DNA of 64,000 nt from Octopus sinensis (Eukaryota). A program made the position numbers and the translations under genes. This document shows positions 41,393 to 54,932 of this stretch, in pieces; position 1 is the first letter of the stretch, and every line of letters starts with the position of its first letter. Under the pieces are notes generated by a model that saw only the letters and a list, made by a program, of their open reading frames with translations, searched no databases and was not told the DNA's origin. Location of the stretch: positions 111,228,001-111,292,000 of the forward strand of contig NC_042999.1 in the NCBI RefSeq assembly GCF_006345805.1, read 5' to 3'.

Positions 41393-42629
41393 CTTTCAGA
41401 ATCAAAGAAAAAAAAAAGACAAGAGGGAAAACATGAACAAGATAACATGGAGTCCAAGAGTAGAGGAGTGGAGGTGGTTGACGTCGGTGAGAATTACACA
41501 AAAAAGTTACAAAGTGAAATTATATTGAGAAACTTATCAAATGAAAAAAAAAAATTCATTTATAACAAAATTAACTTCTTTTTTTTCTGTCAGTGAGTCC
41601 ATGGAATAGTGGTAAAAAAATTTGGTTGAGTAGTGATGTGATCGTTTCTTTCCTTGCTCTTTTAATGATTCTGAGAAAGAGAGGGAAAACAAGGGGGTGA
41701 TGAAGTAGCCACATTAAATGATAGCTACTCGATCGATCAAGAAGTGATAAAAAGCAAAATCGTCTTCGAGCACGGGAACGCTAAAAACCGGTCCAAATAC
41801 TGCAAAGTGACTTTGCCTTAATGCACTGGTAATAGAAAGTCCCTTAACTAGATCTAATTATTGAGATATCTCCTCTAATAAATCTAAGGATGGTAACATG
41901 TATATTCCAACTCCTTCTCTAGATTTTTTCTCTTGGAACTATAGCATGAGCTATATCAATTTTAGACAACAGAAAGTTCATGAACATAGCCCCTTTTTTT
42001 CCTTGTCTAACTTAACATTAACAGAAAACCTGCTTTGGAAGAATTTGAACTCATAAATGGAGCTAACGATTCTCTAGAGGAGAGTAAATTGCTTTACGTA
42101 TAGTATATTTAACAAAGCATCAACTTTTGAAAGTTCTGCAGTTAATCTGCACCTATTTTCGACTTCAACAGCAATGATCCCTTTGCTGTTTACCTTCTTA
42201 AGCCGATCCATTTTGTTAGATGATCAAACTACTTATACGGCTTATCAATGATCGAACATGTCTATCAGTGGACGATTTCCTATTTGACTTACTCTCGAAA
42301 ATGTAAGAAGTGGTCTTTGACATATGTAATAATATACAACTACACACAAAGTGTGAATATTTGCAATATAAAGCACTTACAGGTTTGCGAGAAAGTTATC
42401 TATCAATATTCGTCATAATAATGCACAACAGCATTAAAAGAAGTACAGAAAAGAGACTAATAGCAAAATAGAGATGTATTATGCTTGCACATAATGAAGC
42501 GGAAATATAAGAGTGAGAGAAAAGTGGCCAGATTTAGCGTCATGTAATATGTAAATACCTGGGAATTACATACAGCTGAAAATGCATACACACACACATA
42601 CGTGTGTGTGTGTTTGTATGAAGCAATGA

Positions 42630-43020
42630 GTTTCTTTATGCTTAGCGGTATTTCGTGTGCTGCTACGTTCTAAGTTCAAATTCCGCCGAGGTCGACTTTG
42701 CTTTTCATCCTTTTGGGGTTGATAAATTAAGTACCAGTTACGCACCGGGGTCGATAAAATCAACTTAATCCGTTTGTCTGTCCTTGTGCGTCCCCTCTGT
42801 GTGTAGCCCCTTGTGGGGAGTAAAGAGATAAGTAATGAGTTTCTTTTAATTCTTTCTAATATACGTACAAGGCTTGAAATTCTGAGGGAGAGTTATAGTC
42901 TATGGCTCTGATCCCAGTATTCTACTGGTATATATTTTATCTACACCTAAAGGATGAAAAGCAAAGTAAGTCTCGTCGGAATTTGAACTCAGGTTGTAAA
43001 GCCAGCCAAAATGCTGCGTG
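42630..43020. mobile_element. Tail-to-tail pair of Nin-core SINEs (42630-42835 plus, 42862-43020 minus)
   Basis: Same core in opposite orientations; further plus copies at about 37990-38185, 43735-43945, 44405-44590 and 45365-45490. Confidence 0.75.
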
Positions 43021-43169
43021 TGTATTCTTCCCCCACCCTATCCCCCTCTCCGGCATGCTATTGATTCTCCTCATTGGCTTCGAATGTATAAATAATATAA
43101 TGCCAAGTAGGTGCAACTACTAGAATCGTCTATAAGTGTGCGTGTGTGTATGGTTGTGTGCGTGAGATA

Positions 43170-43170
43170 C

Positions 43171-43214
<44 letters not shown>

Positions 43215-43432
43215 AGAGAGAGAGCTCTTGTGTAAATGCAATGATTGTTTCGGATACTGGAAGTGGAGAAAGTGAAAGTATCGCAATAGACTGTTAGTCA
43301 TGAGAGGGAAGAATTTTTTTTTGTAAGTCGTGATGACAATGAAGATATCTGGAGAAGCGCGTTGTTGTTGAGAGGCCTAGAACGAATAGCGAAAAACAAT
43401 TCGCGCGCGCGAACACACTCACTCACTGATTT
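43170..43432 (-). promoter_or_regulatory. Candidate promoter or first exon
   Basis: Minus-strand TCAGT initiator-like motif near 43427, a CpG palindrome ttcgcgcgcgcgaa at about 43399-43412, and a downstream (CT)n tract. Confidence 0.35.
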
Positions 43433-46400
43433 TATCCAGTATTTTGAGTGAGTAGAAAGGGAAGTTCAGTTTTTGTCACATTCTGAAATCTTGAAACGTT
43501 GTAAGAGGTGAAAAGTGAAGCTTCCATAGCATTTAATACATTGATAGTAGAAGTATTGTTGGTTGTGTTAGGGGAGGTACTGTTAATGCTGTGAGATTTG
43601 GTTGATGGTGGTGCCGATGATAAGTCGGTGTTGCTGTTAGTATGCTGAGCGGCCTTTCGTTCTGAGCCGGAGTATTGGTTGAGTTGCTAGTAGAAGACAA
43701 ATAGTAAACTTCTTCCTACTATTACTGGTGACAAAAGCAGCGAGCTAGCTCAATCGTTAGCAAGCTGGACAAAATGCTAAGCGGCATTTCGTCCATTCTT
43801 GTGTTCTGAGTTCAAATTCCACCGAGGTCGACTTTTTCTTTCATATTTTCGGGGTCGATAAAATAAGTACTGGGGTCGATGCCATTGACTAGGCCTCTCA
43901 CCTAAAATGTCATGCCTTGTGCCTTTCGTAGAAAGAATTATTACTGTTGATAAAAAGGCAGCGAGCTTGCTGAATAATTAGCTCACTGGCAAAATTTGTT
44001 AGGGGTATTTTCGTCCATCTTTACGTTGTTAGTTCAAGTTCATAAGTAACAGTGACAAACGAAATATACACCACCGGATGTTGTTGTTGACAAACAACAG
44101 CAGCAATTTTATTCAGCTGAATATACGTCATTGATTGGTTGAAATTACCGAAATATGACAACTTTAACATGAAATAACTTTGAAACTATAAACTTTTCTC
44201 AACAACACTAAGAGTAAAAGATATTTTATATGACACATTCTACCAGTGTCCGAAGTTTGAAAGTGTTTATTTACTAAAAATTAATTTCTCAATCTGCCGT
44301 TCAAAGGGAAAAGATCCGGTAATCATGACATCTGTGAGAAGGTTTAAAAGTGGTGGTGTCGGTTAGTATTAGTAGTGTTAATAGTATATAGTGTTAGCAT
44401 GTTGGTGAACTGACTGAATCGTTAGCGCGCTGAACAAAAAGCATGGAAGCTTTGCTGGCTCTGTGAATTCAAATTCCACCACGGCTGACTTTGCCTTTTA
44501 TTACTTAAGGTTCGATGGAATAGATACCAGTTGAGCACCGGGGTCGGTGTCACCCTTAAAAACTGCTTGCCATGTATCAAAATATAAGAGAATTATATAT
44601 TAATTTGTGGTTGGTGATGATGTTAAAGATATTGGAATTGAAGATGCTTTCAGAACAGTAATAGTGGTTGTAGTTATGTAGCTTGGACACAGAGATGGCA
44701 GCAGAGCCGAGTGTTGGTGTTCTTGGTATTTATTCCCAGGTCACTTGTGACCGATCAAACCTATTGTCAAAGGTGTTCAATCATAACCATCCCATATTTT
44801 TGTTTTTGCCCAGTACTACATCATCTAAAGTGACATACTTTGAATGAGAGCAGGGTATCATTTGAAGGAATATGGTTGCTATTTCTAACAGGATGACTGG
44901 CCATGTAGAGGCTTCTTCTTCGTTGGTTTTTTATTTGTGATGGTAGTAGTCGTAGTGAAGGTGGTGATGGGAAATATCGCCGCTGATGTTGTAAGAGATA
45001 TCAATAAAAATTGTGATGTTGGTGAAGATAACAGATACTAAAGTGGCGTTGACGATGGAGAAGCTGTAGCATAGGTAAGGTGTTGACTGTTGTTCACAGT
45101 GGGAGGAAAATTAATAAGGACCAGTGGAGAATAGAATATATAGGATGTGCAATGGGTAGAATGGTATTTAGCGCGGCTAAGCCTCCTACTTCCGCTGCAT
45201 GACATTTTCCCACGCCCCAACACTATCCAATGGAATTTAAACCATTTTATCATGTGCTGAAATCTGTGTAATCCCTTGTGATGGTTTCTTTTTCATCTTC
45301 TTTCTTTCCCGTTAAGGATCTCAAAGCACAAACTTTCCATTCTTTATTTATGTTTTACTGAGCTAGTTGTGAATTGGTAGAGTCGTTAGAATGCTGGATA
45401 AAATGCCTTGCGATATTTGCTTGGAATTCAAATCCCACCGAATCAACTACAGTTTTCATCGTTTCAGCTTGAATAAAACGTACCTATACAGTCCAGGGAA
45501 TTGGCGAACATGTCATATCGTCAGGAATGAGAACTTGCATGCTTCGGCAAAGGTCTGTCTTTCAAAGAAACTCTTTCCCAGGCTTTCGCATACAAATTCA
45601 TACGTGGTCATCCTAGCCAACGGAGAAGTGGGGGAGAGAAAAACAGATATACATAAATATATGCAACACACAAACTAAAAAGATTGTCCTGGGATAATAG
45701 ACACCTTCCTGTTATTAAATATACAACACATAAGCATTAGCACAAATTTTGTAAGAGAAGAATCACTTATACTTTACGACGAATGTATGTTTATAATACC
45801 CGTGATGCATTATAGTATAAAGGATTCTAGGTCATGTCGTGACTCGTCAGTCAGAAGTACCTGGAACAAGAGTGGGTGGTGTTGTTTATAATTTCAGCGA
45901 ACAAACTCTACGCCAATCCATGCTGATATCTGCCAATGGTAATAAATTGTCATATGTGCGACTAACAGCGAGATTAAAAACAATGACTTGCACCTTTATT
46001 TTTAATACGTTCCGGCAGATTCGAACATAAATATGTTAATCGCTGTTGTGTATTTCATTCTGAACTTGCCTGCAATTACGATTTCATATGACTAGTTACA
46101 AAAAAGAGATTTTCTATAGAAGACGTATTAATCTAAAACGTTTTTGCACACACACATCCCACCGCCACTATATTATTATATCTGGAGATATAAAAACAAA
46201 ATTGATATTATATTATATCAAAACTCGGAAAACGACTATCGAAACCATACATACGTTCACTAGTTAGTAGCATTATGCAAGTGTTTTAATCGGTTTCATT
46301 CACAATGCGTCCTTGGGAAACATCTCTTGCCTAACATTTTGAAAAAAAATTAGTCCCTTTTTTTGTCAGACGTACGATTTGACTTCTCTTCTCCCTACAG

Positions 46401-46611
46401 CATACGAAAGCCAACTTTTACACTGTAAAACTTTGACCAACATACACCGTCATCAATTTTTTCATCTCTTGAATAAGCCTATTCTTCCTTAATATTTATA
46501 TATTTCCACATGATTATTTCCACATGATTATTTCCACTCACCACAGTAACATAACGAAACATTTGTCACATTAAGGTATTCTTTCATTCTTTTATTCTTT
46601 TGCTTCTTTCA

Positions 46612-46950
46612 GTCGTTTGACTTCGGCCATGCTGGAGCACTGCAAATTGACCCAGGACTTATTTTTTGTATGCTAGTGCTTATTCTATCAGTCTCTTTCG
46701 CCGAAACGCTAGATTACGGGTACATAAACACACCAACACCGATTGTCAAGCGATGGTGGGGGGACAAACACAGACACACTCACAAATACAGACACACACA
46801 CACACACACGTATATATATATATATATATACGACGGGCTTCTTTCAGTTTCCGTCTATCAAATCAAGGTGCCACGCAGCGGGACTGAACTCAGAACCATG
46901 TGGTTGGAAAGCAAGCTTCTTACGACACAGCCACGCTTGCGCCTATAACA
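46612..46950 (-). mobile_element. Abundant tRNA-derived SINE
   Basis: Same family as 18545-19182 and 50762-51217; a partial copy lies at 48085-48240. Confidence 0.85.
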
Positions 46951-47009
46951 CGCCTGTTCATTTAGTTAGAAAGAAGTGCATACAATTTTAGGAAAATTAT
47001 TTTATACCT

Positions 47010-47537
47010 AGATATAGCACAATTCGCCGTAAGGCATTTCGGCGTCGGACTATTCGCTGTAAGACAATTCACCGTACAGATATTTAGCCTCAAGGCCATT
47101 TTGTAGTAAAGCGTAAGAAAAGAAGGATAAGAAATAAAAATAAAATAAAAATAATACTGATCATACACTATATTTAAAAAGTTAGACTAAAAAATCTAAA
47201 AAGCTAAAAATCATGTAAGTTCATTGAAATTGCTTCTAAAATAAATGTTAAACGACCTTTCTGCTTTTAAATTCTCATTTCAGCAATTAGCAATGCAGTT
47301 TCAAATTTAAACGAGTTTTCTGTTTTTGAATTAGCATTTCAGCAATATCCGAAAATGACTGCTGTAAATAATATTTCTTTATCTACCTTATTTAATTAAC
47401 GATGCAGTTTCAAGTTTCTAAGCTTTACGGCAAAATATCCTTGCAGCGAGATATCCGTACGGCTAATTGTCTTACGGCGAATAGTTTTACGACCAATTGT
47501 CCTCCGGCGAATTTGTTTACGGTAAATTGTCCGGTTA
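47010..47537. mobile_element. Fold-back element with inverted arrays of about 15-bp tandem subterminal repeats
   Basis: Left units resemble ggacaattcgccgta (about 6 copies, 47015-47110); right units resemble ttacggcgaattgtcc (about 7 copies, 47420-47535); AT-rich spacer between. Confidence 0.8.
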
Positions 47538-48427
47538 CTATTATACCTTACCTGACAACACCAAACGATTTGAGTGATAAGTGCATAGTTTTTAATAATG
47601 GTAACTGCTGTTTATCTCTAAGTTGAGCCTGATCGAGCAGCTTCAAGAGCAAAAATATTCAAACTTTAACTGTCCATCCGTTTTATATTGTTTTGTATTT
47701 ATCAGATTATATTATTCCACACGGCCCTTTTGAGGCTTAAAGTGGCAGAATATAACTTAATAGATTTCGCGGTTAATTCTAACTGGCTAAGCATTCCTCT
47801 ATTCTTGGTAATACCAAAACAAGTCGATGTCAGTGAATAGAAGAAATAAGTCGAAATTATTATCACTGAATACATATATTCCATTCCATTATTATTATAT
47901 ACTTCATATAATAAATACTACATATACATATCGACATTTACATTACTAGTATACAATACATACACATGAGTGTCTGTTTGTTCCATCATCTGGACGATCT
48001 ACTCTATGAATTAAGGTGCCAAGGTGTTGGGTACGTCATAGGCAAAGTTTAACCATTAAATTACAAGTATAGCTCATCTGACGAGCTACTATACAGTTTC
48101 CGTCTACCAAAATTCTCTTATAAATCTGGGGACGATCCGAAGTTATGGCATAGGCACTTACCAAGATACCGTGCAGCAAGATCGAACTAGGGACCTGATG
48201 GTTGCAAAGCAAATTTCTTAACTACTCAGCTGTGACTGTGTCCAATAAATATGTACATGTTCGCACTTATGAACACTGACTGTATTTAGATGTGCGTGTG
48301 TTAGTTACTTATTATCTTGTGTATTGCACCAATGTAGTGTTATAAAATAGTAAAGAGACATATCTATACAAAGGCTACATAAATCTAAAGTCTGTCATGA
48401 CTCATTGTTCTATTTACCATTTATTAC

Positions 48428-48510
48428 CCATTAAGTGCACCAATAATACTATTAACAACAACGAAGAACACCACAGCCAACATTTCCATAATAACTACCA
48501 ACGAAGTCAT
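48428..48510 (-). CDS. Candidate signal-peptide coding segment MTSLVVIMEMLAVVFFVVVNSIIGALN plus GG (exon 48428-48658)
   Basis: Acceptor gcgttgcgtttcag|, hydrophobic core ending IGA, donor GG|gtaata in phase 2; joins the 38584 exon in frame (GG|A = Gly). Confidence 0.5.
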
Positions 48511-48798
48511 ATATTCACATTTACAGTATATTTCACAGCAAACATAGCAAACTATATACAAACTTGCAGACTATAGTGGTTATTTTACTGTAGGGAATGT
48601 GTCACAAAGAAAACTTGGATTACACAGTCATAAATTGTATCACAATATTATCTATCACCTGAAACGCAACGCCCATATATATGAATTTGTGCGTGTCTGT
48701 ACCCTCTCCCTCTCACTCTCTATATTCTTTCACTTTCTTTCTCTCTCTCTCTCTCTATATATATATTTATATGTGTGTGTATGTATTCTCCTGTTTGA

Positions 48799-48877
<79 letters not shown>

Positions 48878-48893
48878 TACATACATACATACA

Positions 48894-48929
<36 letters not shown>

Positions 48930-48975
48930 CATACATACATACTTACATACATACATACTGATACATACGTATATA

Positions 48976-49007
<32 letters not shown>

Positions 49008-49635
49008 CGCATACTGATACATATATACGCACAAGTACACATAAGTGTATGTGTGTTTGTGCGTGTTTGTGTATGTATGTGTCGTGGAATGTGAGAGTGT
49101 GTTTGTTTGGCTGATGTGTGTAAATATATTCGAATATTTTCGTTAGGACATGAGAAATAAAACTAGGATTAGAAAAGGAAGAAAATGAATTCAAAACTAA
49201 TCTCTAATGTAACAGTTTTTAATTGAGGTACAATTTTGAGGGTAGACCCAATTAGTTGACTGATACTTTATCTTTTGATTCCAGAGTGTTGAAAGAGAAA
49301 CCTAACCGCGACACGATTTAAAATCAGAAAACAATGAGCTGAAAAAGAAACACATCACTAGAAATGTAAAAATTTGTAAAACTTACCAGAATTTTATCAT
49401 TCAAGTATATATACCCATGTCTAGACATGTAATTGTATGCATGAGAACACATATGTAAAATAAATCATAGAAATGTGCGCATATACACACATAAATGCAA
49501 AAATATCCCGTTGATGTATTGTTGAAATTCCATGAAAGAGCCTTTGATCTAGATTAGAGACCGACTGTCTCTCTTTTGGCAAGAGATTTTAAAATAAAAA
49601 ATTGAATAATGACACATACATATACATACATATAT

Positions 49636-49669
<34 letters not shown>

Positions 49670-49685
49670 TCATATATATATATAT

Positions 49686-49736
<51 letters not shown>

Positions 49737-49772
49737 CATACATATACATACATACATACATACATACATACA

Positions 49773-49806
<34 letters not shown>

Positions 49807-50761
49807 CATACTTACATATATATATATACATGCATAACTCAACAGGTCAAATTATTACGTTGTTTTCTTAAACAGAATTAATCAGACCCATGTTCAAAAA
49901 GCATTGAAACCATGTCACTCAAAGTCGTGAAAATTGCTTAGAACTACATCATGCAATCTGTCCATATCTGTCGAGATGGTAAGATGTAATTTGAGAGGAG
50001 TTTTGAAGGTATCTCTATCAGGTTGAAATACCACGTAGTCTCCTGTATTGGGTTTATGTTCATAATATAGTTAGTGTTTTTGAGGAGATTTGGGCTAGCT
50101 GTAAGTGTAACAGATCTATAATCAAAAGTGTTCATGGTATGACAATCCTATCTCTCATGATTATTTTCTGATAGTTATCGATGACTTCATATTAATATTG
50201 TCCCTCACTTACTTAAGACGGTAATGTATGATTTGTGGCATATTTAGCTGTCATTCGAGATAAAACAAGCAACTATGTGTTGCGAGGTATTTTAGAACCT
50301 GTTGTGAAATGTGTCTAAGAATCTGTGAGAGTACAAAATTATCAGTATTTAAATAAATATTGAATTACTGTTTGGTTTTAAGGCTGAAACTGTTTTCAAT
50401 TTGGGTTTTTAGAGACTGTGCCAATGGGTTTCAAATTTGAATAAAGGTAAAATTTCGTCCACAGTATTGATTTCCAACATCCCCTAATGTAGAAGCAGCT
50501 TCATTAGTCTGAAGACGATATTATAGAAGATGGATATATTTAAAAGTCAACTACCTTTCAATGCGCATTACTTTGTTTTAATGGGGTTTGGGTTATGAAC
50601 ATCTTGGTAGGGCACTGAGTTTGTTTCCTGGAGTAAGAAACTTCATTTCAAGTTGCTCTACCTACTCAGCAGTAAAATTGAATCAACCGAGAGCTGGGGC
50701 ATCGCTATTTCTCTCCATCTATCACATACAGGCCGTGCTGCTGGATTAAGTTTGACATGAT

Positions 50762-50945
50762 GCGCAGGAGGGGGCTGTGTGGTAAGTAGCTTGCTTACCA
50801 ACCCCATGGTTCCGGGTTCAGTCTCACTGCGTGGCACCTTGGGCAAGTGTCTTCTATTATAGCCTCGGTTGACGGAAACTGAAATGGATTTGGTTGACGG
50901 AAACTGAAAGAAGCCCGTCGTATATATGTATATATATATATATAT

Positions 50946-50977
<32 letters not shown>

Positions 50978-51217
50978 ATATATATATATATATATATATA
51001 TAATTGTGTGTATATGTCTGTGTGTCTGTGTTTGTCCCCCAACATCGTTTGACAACCGATGCTGGTGTGTTTACGTCCCCGTAAAATAGCGGCTCGGCAA
51101 AAGTGACCGATAGAATAAGTACTAGGCTTACAAAGAATAAGTCCTGGGGTCGATTTGTTCGACTAAACGCGGTGCTCCAGCATGGCCGCAGTCAAATGGC
51201 TGAAACAAGTAAAAGAG
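50762..51217 (+). mobile_element. Full-length abundant tRNA-derived SINE with internal (TA)n
   Basis: gcgcaggagggggctgtgtggtaagtagcttgcttaccaacc.catggttccgggttcagtctcactgcgtggcaccttgggcaagtgtc..agcatggccgcagtcaaatg. Confidence 0.9.
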
Positions 51218-51924
51218 TATGATGCCAATGGTTATTCCTGACTATATATGCATTCTAAAGCAATTAATGAAAGCCGGGTTTAAGATACCGATCCACACTC
51301 ACTCTTGAGTGACTGCTGGACAATGGCATTGGGCAATATACGACCGGACATCCACGTAAAAACTGCAATATCTTTTTGCTAACCACTGCATCTCATATTT
51401 TGAAGGAAGATGAAATCAAGCAATTAGTTCTAGTAACATTTACAGGGAAAAGAAACTAGACTTCAAACTCAACTCGTCAGAAACTTACCTATTACACGGT
51501 GACACTTACTACTATGAATAAAAAAAATAGAAAGGAAAATAGGCAGAAACTGGTTAGTCTATATAGTATAGAAAGAAGTGCATAAAGATTTACCATTATT
51601 TTTGTCATTACATGTTGTATCACTTTTGTTTTCTTTGTATCGCATTAGCTTAAATATTTTTTTCTTTTCCTTTTATATTATGTTTATTCTATTTCATTTC
51701 TTTTAGAAATTTCATCATTTGGTTGGTTTAAGCTTATATTGCTTTCCATTTGTTTTTACTATGTTTTTCGCGATATTTTTTACATCACTCTCGTTAAAGA
51801 AATTTAAATTTATCTTGAAGTAAACATAATTTTGATGCTTGACGATGGAAGCAAATCATTTGAAATTTCAAAGATTTTACAAATGTAACGATCATTATTT
51901 CTTCTACAGCACTTATGTAATAAC

Positions 51925-51985
<61 letters not shown>

Positions 51986-53201
51986 TAATAATAATAATGT
52001 CAAATGAAAAGAAATATTTAAGTCATAAAATTATTTATTTTATAAGTATATTTTTCATTTGCGTTTTACTTTTCTTCTTGGATATTTGAAAAGACAAAAG
52101 AATGGAAAGAAAAATTAAAAGAAAAATAAACAAGTAACTTCCCACAGAAAGGAAAAATCCTGATTTTGTTTTAAGATTTTTTTTAGGATAGTGGAAGTGG
52201 AGGAATGTAGAGGTGGCTGAAGGAAGGAATAAAAGACAGTTTAGTAAAATAAACATCTGTAAATATAGAACTGGAATAAAATTTAAAAATACTTGTATAT
52301 AAGCACATTTATATATATATATATATATATATATATGCAATTACATACTGACACATATACTTATGTGTCTAATACAATTGCGTGTATAAAGTTACACATT
52401 TGTATCTATCTGTCTCTATATATACACGCACAGATACAGACACACATATGCGCACATACATATAAATGCATAGTTAGGTACATACATATATACATATACA
52501 AATATTAACAAACTTGCACACATTAATACTTATATATTAGAAAATAAATCCTGTCATCCTCTATCCCCTTGACTTATACACATACACAAACTCACTCACA
52601 CGCAAGCACAAACTTACTCTCTCACACACACAAAATGAAACATACACACACACACATACCCTCCATCCAAAATATTATTACAAAAATGGAAGAAAAAATC
52701 ACGAACAAAAAATGCATAAAAAATTCAAACAAAACTGTGAAATTATTTACTTTCAGCATAATATTTCTCTTACCAGAATTGATGAAATGGTAAAAAGATA
52801 TCGAGAACTAAAAGTGAATAAAAAAACAGAATTCTTTATTTCAACATTAATGGGAAGTTCATAGGATATTTTCTTTTACTACTGTTTTTCTTTTTGTTAG
52901 TATTGAAAATGTTTTTTGTTTGTTTATCGTATATATATTTGTATTTATTATTCTTTTCTTTTTTCATGCAATTGTACATTTGAAAACGAAAAGAGAAAAC
53001 AAAAAATGTATCATGTATTTATGTATTTATTTACATTTTTTATTTACTAACAATTGTTCTATTGAAGCATTTGAAAAGCTCATGGATATTTAAAGATCTT
53101 CAAATCATCGTCAAAGGACCATCATCATTGCCATTGTCATTGCCCAAATCATCATCATTCTCATTGCCACCACCATCATCATAGTCGCCGTCGTCGTCAT
53201 T

Positions 53202-53234
<33 letters not shown>

Positions 53235-54874
53235 GCCGCCGTCGTCGTTATCGTTGTCATCGTCGTGGTTATTATTTCTACTTTTTCATATTAATTGAAT
53301 CTTCAAAATCACACAGACACATATATAAGCACACAGATACACACATATACTCGCTCATACACGCACAGACACACACATAAATGCACACACACGAACACAA
53401 ACACACCTGGAAGGTGTATGTGTGTTCCAATGAATATTGCTTCGTGAAGGTTCTCTTTGGTGAAATCTTCATAAAGATAAATGAGGATAAATTTTAGATT
53501 TTAAAATTCTTGTGCAAATATTTGAAAGCTTAAGATCAGTGACAGTTAGCAGTGACGATAAACAGATTGGTTACGCATGTGCTTGAGGTGTTGTTTCTGT
53601 TGTTTGGCCCTAGGCTGCTCTGAACAATTGTACCTGCTTTCATAAGCATTCCAGCCGACCATCTCTCATTTCATTTCATTTGTTTTTACGGTACAGTCTA
53701 TCAAGGCTCATATTAATTTTTGTTTTTAAATGCTGTAGTGTATGCAATTTGAGGGAGATTCAGGTGATATTTCTAGTTGAGCCAGCAAGATGTTTTATTG
53801 TGACTTGTTCTAGTTGAAGAAAACAATTACGTTGCTCACATAGAAAAAGTTGGAAGCGAAATTGACCGAGGCTTGTCTTACTATGTTTCGACAGCATGGA
53901 TATCAGACGAGGAAAGTGAGGAGAGAAACAGACATAAAGAGATAGAGAGGAAAGAAGGGAGAAGGTGAGGGCTTAGGTTATACCTACTGAAATTAATTGA
54001 TTCAACAAGAAGAGATTGATCGAAAAGTATAGAGCAAAACTGAGTCTTATATTTTTAAAATTTTGGTCCGACATAATTAAGAAATTCACTGATACTAAAA
54101 AGGAGTTTAAATTAAGAGTAGTTAAATTTCCAATAGCATACAAATTTGAGACTACTGACTGTCTAAAATACCATATAAGTTTAAGTCAGGACGTTTACGC
54201 CTTAAAACCAAAACTATATACAAACGATGCTTTAATGTGTAAAATTAAATATTTAAATATATTTTCATCACCAATGTGCTCCACATATACTTTAGAATTT
54301 CAGGTTGTAATCTGGGTATTTTCTGCTTCGAGTTTAATTATTTTCCCCTTATAAGAACATTTAGTAAAATAGTGTCATCTTGTTTTAGGATTTGTTTTAA
54401 GTTTTCAGCAAACCAATCCTTATATAGCAAATATCCGATAGTAATGCAACTCGATGCTATATTAGAAGGCAATTCCCCAAAGTGGAACGAAGTAGAATCA
54501 GACTAGAATTAAGAATTACCTTCTTAACCAGACAGACATTGGCTATGGCAACTGCAAATATGAATACATACTTCCATCCATTCTGTGCCCTAAGTGTGCT
54601 TAGGCAAAGATTATTCAATAAAAACATCATAATATCATAACAATGAATACTATTTTCAGTAAATTAACATTTGTTTTCAAATACAACATAAGGATTTGAA
54701 AACTCTATGAAATGCCAATAGCAAAAAAAAAAAAAAAAAAGAAATAAACAATGCCTGAACCGGTGCAGACATAGCCATATGGTTAAGTAGTTTCCTCTAC
54801 AATCAACGCCTTGCTTGTTGAATATGATAAATAAACAGTGCGTAGAGGCATGTAGTGCATGACTATGAGCGCAA

Positions 54875-54930
<56 letters not shown>

Positions 54931-54932
<2 letters not shown>

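Noticed and set aside
47015-47535. CRISPR-like repeat array
   Set aside because: The units are contiguous with no spacers, lie in inverted arrays, and the context is eukaryotic with no cas genes.
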